43,435 nt of DNA from positions 1 to 43,435 of the IMG/VR virus record IMGVR_UViG_3300017978_000327; one strand, given 5' to 3'. The DNA is from a virus. Below, one piece after another: positions 7,361 to 14,794 of the stretch; the stretch's first letter is position 1, and every line of letters begins with the position of its first letter. The translations under genes and the position numbers were made by a program. The notes under the pieces are model-generated. The model made no database searches, was not told the DNA's origin, and saw nothing but the letters and a program-made list of their open reading frames with translations.

Positions 7361-7834
7361 ATGAAACCGACTACCATATTAGCGCAATACAAGGCAATGA
7401 TGATAGCATCACACCGTAATTGTGCAGCGTATTATTGTGACGATGGAAAGTATTATCTGATAGACGATTTAAACGAGATTACCGGAGTTAGCAGGGTCAG
7501 AATAAGTGGGAGGTTGAGAGAGCAGGGTTTTGGCTCAGATAAGTTATTAAAGAAAGATTACAGTAACAGGAAGAAGCATGAACAGGTGATGCTCACAAAA
7601 ATCAAACCAAGAACCAACCTGAGCAAAGAGTGGGATCGGCGCAAGTGCAAGGTGCACTCTGTACCGTGTGCAAGGTATAAAGAGTGCTGCGATATGCGTT
7701 GTGGGTTGATAAAGGGGCTATGGATAGAGCCTGACGATGTTTCTCTTTGCTACACTCCGCAGCGGGATAGACGGTATGGGTTATATCCGAGTGCATTGTC
7801 CGGTGTTTCTACTTTTGGAGTTTTGGGGGCGTGA
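7361..7834 (+). CDS. HTH-like / Cys-rich putative DNA-binding protein
   Basis: ATG 7361 preferred over GTG 7325. LNEITGVSRVRISGRLRE is helix-turn-helix-like. The C-terminal half is Cys-rich (CKVHSVPCARYKECCDMRC). Confidence 0.5.
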   Translation: MKPTTILAQYKAMMIASHRNCAAYYCDDGKYYLIDDLNEITGVSRVRISGRLREQGFGSDKLLKKDYSNRKKHEQVMLTKIKPRTNLSKEWDRRKCKVHSVPCARYKECCDMRCGLIKGLWIEPDDVSLCYTPQRDRRYGLYPSALSGVSTFGVLGA

Positions 7835-8247
7835 TGAAATTATCAAAAATAGGTATTGACCCAGGGGTAAAGACTGGTGTGGCAGTATATGATACAAACA
7901 GTTGCAAATTAACTATCTGTACAACTGTAGGTATAATTGAGGCAATGCGGATCGTGTTAAACCATGAAAATGGCAACTTTCCTACTGTTCATTTGTTCGT
8001 TGAAGATGCCAGACTTCGTAAATGGTTCGGGGCATCTGGCCGGGAAGTGCTTCAGGGGGCCGGGTCGGTGAAGCGAGACTGTAAGATTTGGGATGAATTT
8101 GCAGAATATCATTCAATAGATATTAACTTTGTGGCTCCAATGCACAACAAGACAAAACTTGATGCAAAGACTTTCAAACATATTACCGGATGGGAAGGCC
8201 GAACCTCTTCGCACTCAAGAGATGCGGCTATGTTGGTTTTTGAGTAA
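7831..8247 (+). CDS. RuvC-fold Holliday-junction resolvase-like protein
   Basis: IGIDPGVKTGVAVYD, LFVEDARL and SHSRDAAMLVF place acidic residues as in RuvC-like resolvases. Start is GTG 7831 or ATG 7834. Confidence 0.7.
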   Translation: MMKLSKIGIDPGVKTGVAVYDTNSCKLTICTTVGIIEAMRIVLNHENGNFPTVHLFVEDARLRKWFGASGREVLQGAGSVKRDCKIWDEFAEYHSIDINFVAPMHNKTKLDAKTFKHITGWEGRTSSHSRDAAMLVFE

Positions 8248-8274
8248 TTCACGTCAGATATTTAAGGGGGAGTG

Positions 8275-8586
8275 ATGAAACGAATACTGCACTTAACATT
8301 AAAAAAGAAATGGTTTGACCTTATAGAATCTGGTGAAAAAACCATATAGTTTAGAGAAGATAAACAGTACTGGATTAAAAGACTATTTGGAAAAGATGAG
8401 ATGCCAATAGAATTTGAAGAAGTCCACTTTAGGAATGGTTACAAAAAAGATTCACCATACATGCGAGTAGAGTTTAAGGATGTGTTGTTTGCAACACCTG
8501 AATATTATACACCTAAACACGGTGAGGTATTGTGGCCTAGTACACTTTGCATAAGACTTGGTAAGGTGCTCGAAGTAAAACATTAA
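8275..8586 (+). pseudogene. ASCH-domain gene interrupted by one in-frame TAG (8347..8349)
   Basis: ATG 8275 with AAGGGGGAG SD. MKRILHLTLKKKWFDLIESGEKTI-TAG-FREDKQYWIK... continues in the same frame into track ORF 8401..8586. GEKTIxFRE fits the ASCH G.K..E.R motif, with the stop at the conserved Glu position. Confidence 0.7.
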
Positions 8587-8595
8587 GGAGATAAC

Positions 8596-8910
8596 ATGAG
8601 CAAAATATACAAATACCGAACAAGATGGACCGACACAATAGAGTGTTTTGAGGTAGTTAAAGAAACGCCGAAGCAGGTTGTATATTTAAACCATAGAAGG
8701 TGGTCAATAGGCGATAGCGTTTTAAAAGAAGAACGCGAAGCAAAGCAATCTGAATATAACAACTGGCACGATACATTTGAGGAAGCACAAGACTTCTTGA
8801 TAGCTAAATCACAAAGCCAAATTGATTCCGCAAAGAGGCAAATTGACGTTGCCAGAAGCAATATTGATCTGGTCAAGAAGATGAAAGATCCACGACCACC
8901 GGAGTTTTAA
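8596..8910 (+). CDS. Hypothetical 104-aa protein with C-terminal coiled-coil
   Basis: AAGGAG SD at 8585-8590. ORF in the array. Confidence 0.55.
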   Translation: MSKIYKYRTRWTDTIECFEVVKETPKQVVYLNHRRWSIGDSVLKEEREAKQSEYNNWHDTFEEAQDFLIAKSQSQIDSAKRQIDVARSNIDLVKKMKDPRPPEF

Positions 8911-8914
8911 CAAT

Positions 8915-8942
8915 TTGCAAAACCAACAAAACATGGTATAAT
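8915..8942 (+). promoter_or_regulatory. Near-consensus sigma70 promoter with extended -10
   Basis: TTGCAA (8915-8920), 16-nt spacer, TGgTATAAT (8934-8942). Confidence 0.65.
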
Positions 8943-9027
8943 TCAGCATCAAGTCAATGACCGGAGTGACTACCGCGAGACTACAAAAAGCAACGGGATA
9001 AGACATGAAAACGATAAAATTAAAAAT

Positions 9028-9109
9028 AAAAAGCTCTGAAGTACCACAGGTCCGTTGCTTGTCGGGATTAGTCACCCGATTGTGTCGCCTTGGTACTTCA
9101 GAGCTTTTT
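9028..9109. terminator. Strong bidirectional intrinsic terminator (19-bp perfect stem flanked by A5 and T5)
   Basis: AAAAAGCTCTGAAGTACCA (9028-9046) is the exact reverse complement of TGGTACTTCAGAGCTTTTT (9091-9109). The 44-nt loop contains an inner TCGGG/CCCGA hairpin (9062-9079). Confidence 0.8.
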
Positions 9110-9126
9110 GCGTTTAAGGCGAGGTT

Positions 9127-9702
9127 ATGGCTATAAAATACAAAAAAATAAGCCCGTGCATGTGGAATGACGAAAAGTTTATGTCCATGACGAACAGCGG
9201 GAAACTTGCATTTATTTACATGCTAACACACCCATCTCAAACTGCTATAGGCGCAATAAGAACAACTGTTATAGGGTTGTCTTCTGAGTTAAAAGGGCTT
9301 GAGAAGAAAGACTTTGCCGAAGCCTTTCGTTTAGGTATGGCTTTAGAGTCCAATGAGGCACCTCTTGTATGGTTTCCAAACTTCACCAAATACAACCTCC
9401 CAGAATCCCCAAACGTGGTAAAAGCGTGGGGAAAATCATTCCTTGACCTTCCGCATTGTGTACTGAAAAAAATAATATATTCCAATACATTAGATATACT
9501 TAATACCATGTCAGAACCTTTTAAGAAAGCCTTTGTTGAAGCCTTAGGCAAAGCCTTTCCTGAAGACTATGGCTATACAGAAGCAGTAGCAGTAGCAAAC
9601 TTCATACAACAGTACAGAGGTAGTGTATTTAGCTTTAGTGGTTTTCGGGAGTGCGACAGCGTGGTAGACCCTGAAACTGGTGAGGTGATTTACGATGATT
9701 GA
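9127..9702 (+). CDS. Hypothetical protein at the head of the replication module (possible replisome organiser)
   Basis: 191-aa ORF with AAGGCGAGG SD, immediately upstream of and overlapping the primase gene. Function is inferred from position only. Confidence 0.45.
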   Translation: MAIKYKKISPCMWNDEKFMSMTNSGKLAFIYMLTHPSQTAIGAIRTTVIGLSSELKGLEKKDFAEAFRLGMALESNEAPLVWFPNFTKYNLPESPNVVKAWGKSFLDLPHCVLKKIIYSNTLDILNTMSEPFKKAFVEALGKAFPEDYGYTEAVAVANFIQQYRGSVFSFSGFRECDSVVDPETGEVIYDD

Positions 9703-10516
9703 ATGGACAAACCCAAAACCAGAAATGAGGACACACTTTCAAAGGTTCATTGATGCATTTCCAGGGGTAAAAACATATCAGGTGTTTGACGACAAAAAAA
9801 CTGGTCTTCCGGCAAAGATTCTACACGATGCTCCACCAGAAGAACTTATGCGATTAAACAAACAAGGATATGGTGTTTTTTTAACAATAAACGAAACAAA
9901 TGGAAAAGGTCGGAAGGCTACGGATATTGTGAGAGTAAGAGCAATATACGTTGACCTTGATTCTGCACCACTGATGCCGGTAATGGACTACTCACCGCAT
10001 CTAGTCGTAGAAACATCACCTGATAGATTCCATGCATATTTTTTGGTAGATGAAAAATTTGAACTTAGTTTCTTCCCGATCATGCAGGAAGCACTTATAC
10101 AAAAATTCAACTCTGATCCTGTTGTAAAGGATCTTCCAAGGGTAATGCGTTGTGCTGGATTTTATCACATGAAGAGAGAACCCTATAAGTGCTGTGTTGT
10201 GCATGAAAACATGGACATTCCCAAACTGTCTTATGAAGAGGCACTAGAAAAGTTCCCGCCTGTTAAACGTGAAAAGTGGTCAGCATCAAAATATCAAAAG
10301 GTAAACGAATCAAAAGGAGAGTTTAATGGCAAGTATGGTGCTGGTGCAGGGGAAAGGAATCACAGTTGTATAAGGATTATCGGCGGAATGACTAAACGTG
10401 GACTAAGTTGGAGTGAAATAGAGAATGAAGTGTGGAAACATGCAGCAGCATGTAATCCGCCTATGAAAAGTAGTGAAGTGGAACACGTTTTAAGAAGCGG
10501 AAGGAGATATGCATGA
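9695..10516 (+). CDS. AEP-type DNA primase (prim-pol-like) with PriCT-like C-terminus
   Basis: AIYVDLDSAP (DxD) and SPDRFHAYFLV (sxH) are archaeo-eukaryotic primase motifs. C-terminal GERNHSCIRIIGGMTKRGLSWSEIENEVWKHAAACNPPM resembles the primase C-terminal (PriCT) domain. Confidence 0.75.
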   Translation: MIEWTNPKPEMRTHFQRFIDAFPGVKTYQVFDDKKTGLPAKILHDAPPEELMRLNKQGYGVFLTINETNGKGRKATDIVRVRAIYVDLDSAPLMPVMDYSPHLVVETSPDRFHAYFLVDEKFELSFFPIMQEALIQKFNSDPVVKDLPRVMRCAGFYHMKREPYKCCVVHENMDIPKLSYEEALEKFPPVKREKWSASKYQKVNESKGEFNGKYGAGAGERNHSCIRIIGGMTKRGLSWSEIENEVWKHAAACNPPMKSSEVEHVLRSGRRYA

Positions 10517-12027
10517 ACATGCTTATAAGAAAAGAAATTGTATTAAGAGACTATCAAGAAAAGACAATAAGCATGGCCCGTGATGCTATAGCTGCTTATA
10601 AAAAAATAGTTATACAGTTGTCTACTGGTGCAGGAAAAACAGTTATAGCAACACACATTTTAAAACAAGTTGCGTCGAGGGGGATTAGGTGCTGTTTCGT
10701 TGTTGACCGGCTAACGCTTATTAATCAAACATCAATGGTATTCTCACAGTATGGGATACCTCATGGTGTCATTCAAGGCCAGCATGAAAGATGGAGGCCA
10801 GAAGAGCTTGTCCAGATAGCATCAATACAGACACTAAGCAGAAGGTCTTATGAGGATTTTCCTTTTATTATAATTGACGAAATACACACTCTGCACACTG
10901 AACATAAAAAAATGCTGTCTAATTGCACATATGCAATAGGTTTATCAGCGACCCCGTGGAGAAAAGGTCTAGGTAAACACTTTAAGAAATTGATAAGGCC
11001 CGTAGGTATGCGAGAATTGATAAACAAAGGTCACTTATTAGATTTCAGGGTTTACGGACCGAGAACAATAAATACTGATGGACTTAGGACAGTTGCCGGG
11101 GATTTTGTAGAGAGCGAACTTGCAGAAAGGGCCGATACTGTAAAAATAACAGGAGACATAGTTACTCATTGGAAAAAACACGCTACAGGAAGAAAAACAA
11201 TTTGTTTCTGTGTCAATATTGCCCACGCAAGACACGTTTCAAGAGAGTTTAACAGGAACGGTATAAAATCGGTTGAGGTCAATAGCTACCAACGTGCAGA
11301 GGGTGAGGGGAACGAAAGGCAACAGGCACTTGACGAATTTGTAGAAGGTGATGCAATGGTGATTTGCTCTGTTGATATTCTTGGTAAAGGGTTTGACGAT
11401 CCAGAAACGAGTTGTGTAATTTTAGCAAGACCAACAAAAAGTTTAATGGTTCACGTTCAACAGGTAGGCAGGGGTCTTCGTGTTGGCGGCAATAATGACT
11501 GCCTAATTTTAGATCATGCAGGTAATACAGAGAGACTAGGTTTTGTAGATGAGATAGACATATCAATACTTGACGATGGGAAAAGTAAAAAGAGCAGCAA
11601 GGAAAAAGAGAGGAAAGAACCACTCCCTACTCCGTGTGTTTCTTGTGAGTTTATGAAACCGGCAAGAGTTCATAAGTGTCCTGCATGTGGTTTTGAACCA
11701 GAAAATATTCGTGACGTAGATACAGAGATAGGAGAACTTGAGGAATTAAAAAGGAAGAAGACTGACAGAAAAGAATATTCTGTATCTGATAAGCAAAATT
11801 TTATAGGTGGTTTAAATGCTTATGCAATTGAAAAAGGATACAGGAGAGGAAGAAAGGGTGTTTTCGGTTGGTCAATAAATAAGTTTAACGAGAAGTTTGG
11901 TTGCAATCCATCAAATCAAATTGATTGGGGGTATGTCACAACGGCAAATGAAGATGTGATGAACTTCATAAAGCACTCGAACATAAAATATCACAAACGG
12001 AAAGAAAAAGAACGAAACAACAACTAA
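10513..12027 (+). CDS. SF2 (DEAD/DEAH-like) DNA helicase with C-terminal zinc ribbon
   Basis: Walker A LSTGAGKT, motif II IIIDEIH, motif III GLSATP, motif VI QQVGRGLR, and CVSCEF...KCPACG. Confidence 0.9.
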   Translation: MNMLIRKEIVLRDYQEKTISMARDAIAAYKKIVIQLSTGAGKTVIATHILKQVASRGIRCCFVVDRLTLINQTSMVFSQYGIPHGVIQGQHERWRPEELVQIASIQTLSRRSYEDFPFIIIDEIHTLHTEHKKMLSNCTYAIGLSATPWRKGLGKHFKKLIRPVGMRELINKGHLLDFRVYGPRTINTDGLRTVAGDFVESELAERADTVKITGDIVTHWKKHATGRKTICFCVNIAHARHVSREFNRNGIKSVEVNSYQRAEGEGNERQQALDEFVEGDAMVICSVDILGKGFDDPETSCVILARPTKSLMVHVQQVGRGLRVGGNNDCLILDHAGNTERLGFVDEIDISILDDGKSKKSSKEKERKEPLPTPCVSCEFMKPARVHKCPACGFEPENIRDVDTEIGELEELKRKKTDRKEYSVSDKQNFIGGLNAYAIEKGYRRGRKGVFGWSINKFNEKFGCNPSNQIDWGYVTTANEDVMNFIKHSNIKYHKRKEKERNNN

Positions 12028-12044
12028 CTATTCAGGGGGAGCAA

Positions 12045-12233
12045 ATGAAACCAAAACCAAAGAAGCAATTTATCATGGTAACAGGCGGCAGCGGTATGGA
12101 ATCATACATTCAAAACATCTGCACAGTATGCGGATGGGAAGGCTACCTGCACTATTCCAGTAACAATTATCAACACGGCAATTGCCGAGAAGAGCGAGAA
12201 CGTCACGAAAAGAAATGCAAGGAGAAACCATGA
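12045..12233 (+). CDS. Cys/His-containing mini-protein
   Basis: AGGGGGAG SD. 62-aa ORF with CTVCGW...HGNC. Confidence 0.5.
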   Translation: MKPKPKKQFIMVTGGSGMESYIQNICTVCGWEGYLHYSSNNYQHGNCREERERHEKKCKEKP

Positions 12234-12418
12234 CAAAATGCAAACACGACAGGAAAGGCCAATGCCAGCTCATGCAATGGCACGGAGAACAAGTAGAACT
12301 AGGGCTGCACTGTAGCAGCAACGGCACCTGTTGGATAACCGAGGAAGAGCAGTGTGCTCGATACGTGGAATTGTGTGAGGATGTTGTCACGGACCTACAA
12401 AAACATTACGTTGGGTGA
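12230..12418 (+). CDS. Cys-rich 62-aa protein
   Basis: ATG 12230 forms an ATGA overlap with the previous stop. The track ORF extends upstream to 12182. Confidence 0.5.
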   Translation: MTKCKHDRKGQCQLMQWHGEQVELGLHCSSNGTCWITEEEQCARYVELCEDVVTDLQKHYVG

Positions 12419-12421
12419 GAT

Positions 12422-12679
12422 ATGGAACAGAACACAGACCTATACTACCACATTGACAAAAGTGACGGTGGGGAACCATGCAAGCGAACACGGCGACCAG
12501 TCAAAGATGACAATATTTATTTTCTTTACGGAAAGGATTGGATAAGGGCTACGTGTCCGTACGAAAACCGTGTTGAGTCTCAGAAATTACGACAGATCAT
12601 AAACGAGATATGCGAAGCAGCGACCGACCCAAATGCGGCGATGGATGCTGTAATGTTAAAAGCGTGGGAAATGCTCTAA
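12422..12679 (+). CDS. Hypothetical 85-aa protein
   Basis: ORF in the array, 3 nt after the previous stop. Confidence 0.55.
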   Translation: MEQNTDLYYHIDKSDGGEPCKRTRRPVKDDNIYFLYGKDWIRATCPYENRVESQKLRQIINEICEAATDPNAAMDAVMLKAWEML

Positions 12680-12852
12680 ATTTGCAAAAAATAACGCAAT
12701 GCATCAAAGACGTATTGACTAGGTGCTAGAAATCGCGTGGCGGTGAACGTAGGACGTTAGAAATTGATTTTGAGCGATTATGTTTGAGACAGTTTTGGGT
12801 TGTGCGGATAAATCTTGTGCAAAATAAAAATGCATCCCCACTAAAATAGTGC

Positions 12853-12880
12853 TTGCACTATCATCAAAAGGTGCTATAGT
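12853..12880 (+). promoter_or_regulatory. sigma70-type promoter with extended -10, paralogous to P1
   Basis: TTGCAC (12853-12858), 16-nt spacer, TGcTATAGT (12872-12880). Shares AGTGCTTGCAC (12848-12858) with 19-29. Confidence 0.65.
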
Positions 12881-12925
12881 GCAGGCATAAGATGTTTTTC
12901 GACTAACTCAACAGGGGTGGATAAA

Positions 12926-13105
12926 ATGGAAAACGCAATAACATTCAGCATAAACAGGTATGATAAAGATGGCGATATTTTTGAGAATGGTATTTATCTA
13001 CATTTCGGAGACGTTTCTATAAAAATCGCTAACGACATAGCCGAGTTTAAAGTATTCTACAACGAAATAGAAGACATAATTAAAGAGATAGAGGAAAACT
13101 ATTAA
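12926..13105 (+). CDS. 59-aa strongly acidic protein, first gene behind promoter 12853
   Basis: ATG 12926 with CAGGGGTGG SD. MENAITFSINRYDKDGDIFENG...EIEDIIKEIEENY. Confidence 0.55.
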   Translation: MENAITFSINRYDKDGDIFENGIYLHFGDVSIKIANDIAEFKVFYNEIEDIIKEIEENY

Positions 13106-13121
13106 TTTTCACTGGGAACAA

Positions 13122-13292
13122 ATGCGTAAACCAACAAACTACCAAAGCAGGGGGAAAGTACGAGGCGAAAGAATCAGCCTACAACTTCCCCCTGATCTAC
13201 TCCGCTGGTTGCGTGACCGGCAGAAAGAGGACGGTTTGAGCAATAGTGCGCGGATTGTTAGAATAATTAGTGAACATTTGGGGGTGAAATGA
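13122..13292 (+). CDS. Ribbon-helix-helix (Arc/CopG-like) DNA-binding protein (below cutoff)
   Basis: Own translation: MRKPTNYQSRGKVRGERISLQLPPDLLRWLRDRQKEDGLSNSARIVRIISEHLGVK. This gives beta-strand ISLQLP followed by two helices. ATGA overlap with the next gene. Confidence 0.65.
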   Translation: MRKPTNYQSRGKVRGERISLQLPPDLLRWLRDRQKEDGLSNSARIVRIISEHLGVK

Positions 13293-13537
13293 AGCGACTA
13301 CTATCAGCAATAGCACTATCACTGCTTCTGGCATCATGCAGCAATTTTAACGACGACTTAGAGGTTGCGGTGCTAAAAAATAATGATGGGGAATATACCT
13401 GCAAAGTAAATGATATGTTAGCATGGTATGTTTTTGAAACTTACGAAGAAGCGGAATCACATTGCGCCGAGTGGAAAAAGAACATACTGGAAAGGAGAGA
13501 AAGACAAAGCCAGAAGTGGGAAAATGTGAGTAAATGA
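13289..13537 (+). CDS. Lipoprotein
   Basis: MKRLLSAIALSLLLASCSNF: signal peptide with lipobox LLAS-C. Confidence 0.75.
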   Translation: MKRLLSAIALSLLLASCSNFNDDLEVAVLKNNDGEYTCKVNDMLAWYVFETYEEAESHCAEWKKNILERRERQSQKWENVSK

Positions 13538-13698
13538 AAGTATCAATAATCATATTCGCATTTTATCTGGCAGTTGGAATAATCGAGCACATTTAGGGGT
13601 GAGTGATGGACGAAAACGACAAGTATTTGAATGACATGAGAGACGAACGGCCAGAATTGACATTTAGGATGATCGCTAATATTTACGCATAGGAAAAA

Positions 13699-14295
13699 AT
13701 GCAGCAGAAAATAGCCTGTCTTTTTGTTATGGCAGACAGCATATACAAGACCATTGATGGTTGCGATTGCTACGACGAGAAAAGAAATGCTCTGACGTAC
13801 AGTGGATACTATCCGGTTGTAGCTCATCCTCCATGCCAATTATGGGGAGCTTTGGCCGTTGTGAACTTTTCCAGATGGGGCGGCGATCACAATAAACCTG
13901 GCAATGATGGTGGTACGTTTAAGTTTTCCCTAGATACTGTGAGGCGATGCGGAGGAGTATTAGAACATCCCGCAAAATCAAGAGCATGGGCTAAGTATGG
14001 ATTGACAAAACCACGCGGTATTGGATGGAAAAAGTGCATTGACGGTGGGTGGGTCTGTGAAATATGGCAGTCTGCATACGGTCATAGGGCAAACAAAGCA
14101 ACATGGTTGTACTGCTTCGGTAATCCGATATCAGGGAAATGGGAAAGAAAATCTGGTTCTCACCAAGTCGGTTTTCAAGATCAAAGAGGCAAGGCAAGAA
14201 ATAAACCAACATTATCAAAAAAAGAAGCGAATCACACACCAGAAGACTTCGCACAATATCTTGTCGAAATTGCTAGGCAGTCTGCAAGATATTAA
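13699..14295 (+). CDS. Cytosine-C5-methyltransferase-like core protein lacking a recognisable SAM-binding motif I
   Basis: VAHPPCQLWG (PCQ, motif IV-like), GGVLEHP (ENV-like motif VI), SAYGHRANKATW (motif VIII-like) and LSKKEANHTPEDF (motif X-like LT.rE...fP.df). Only 198 aa, with no FxGxG. Confidence 0.6.
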   Translation: MQQKIACLFVMADSIYKTIDGCDCYDEKRNALTYSGYYPVVAHPPCQLWGALAVVNFSRWGGDHNKPGNDGGTFKFSLDTVRRCGGVLEHPAKSRAWAKYGLTKPRGIGWKKCIDGGWVCEIWQSAYGHRANKATWLYCFGNPISGKWERKSGSHQVGFQDQRGKARNKPTLSKKEANHTPEDFAQYLVEIARQSARY

Positions 14296-14577
14296 CTGAC
14301 TATAAACCAAAGTTTAATGTGTATATTTAATCGCCCGTCACTGTCCTCGGACAAACGGGCTAAGTCAGTGACAACCGGATAACGACCGGCAAATTGCATG
14401 TTTTTGTTATTGGAGATTTCCTATAATCTAGCCAAATGGAGGCAGCCATGACAAGACCGGTTAAAACCCGGTAGACCGTAAAACAGTAGATGTTGATGCA
14501 AAGCAAGCGGAGTCGAAAGCCCTGGCGTGGAGGGCAACCCATGAAGCGGCCAGGGCACGGTTTAATTGGGAGGGAAA
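14296..14577 (+). promoter_or_regulatory. 282-nt non-coding, structure-rich region
   Basis: No convincing ORF. Perfect TATAAT at 14422-14427 with a poor -35. Hairpins: GCCCGT/ACGGGC (14333-14360), ACCGG/CCGGT (14456-14472), and GCCCTGGC/GCCAGGGC (14519-14556) with inner GGG-CAA-CCC. Confidence 0.35.
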
Positions 14578-14775
14578 ATGAACCAGATACAATGCAAAGA
14601 ACTGTGTCAAGGAAACGTCTGCTCCTTGTCTCAGCTAATACCAGGTAAAAACGGTAGGAAGATGGTAGATGCCAAGTTCGACAAACAAAATGGCAAATGT
14701 TACGCCCGCGAGTATAGCAAACGGTACGGTCTTAACTGTAAATGCTATTCACCAGAAACAACGACAATACTCTGA
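14578..14775 (+). CDS. 65-aa basic Cys-rich protein
   Basis: ATG 14578 with GGGAGGG SD; the track start is TTG 14566. Confidence 0.5.
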   Translation: MNQIQCKELCQGNVCSLSQLIPGKNGRKMVDAKFDKQNGKCYAREYSKRYGLNCKCYSPETTTIL

Positions 14776-14794
14776 AATACCGAAAATGAGTAAC

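Noticed and set aside
8347-8349. Genome-wide TAG stop-codon reassignment
   Set aside because: TAG terminates several well-supported genes (terS at 15442-15444, portal at 19879-19881, the 33761 gene at 36008-36010). No other gene needs TAG readthrough.
8966-9075. Long-range complementarity between the leader (GTGACTA 8966-8972; AGCAACGG 8989-8996) and the terminator loop (TAGTCAC 9069-9075; CCGTTGCT 9052-9059), suggesting a pseudoknot or riboswitch
   Set aside because: Matches of 7-8 nt within a ~160-nt region are expected by chance at roughly this frequency. Without covariation data this cannot be supported.
9527-9558. Three AAGCCTT(T) repeats at exact 12-bp spacing inside the 9127 gene as possible origin iterons
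   Set aside because: The periodicity equals four codons and encodes a repeating KAF/EAL helical motif (KKAFVEALGKAF). That explains the repeat without invoking DNA-level function. It is too short and too few in copies to support an ori call.
14371-14395. tRNA-like anticodon arm CCGG-ATAACGA-CCGG (7-nt loop with T at position 2 and purine after a putative AAC anticodon)
   Set aside because: No acceptor stem, D-arm or T-arm (no GTTCRA-type loop) can be built around it. It is an isolated 4-bp hairpin only.
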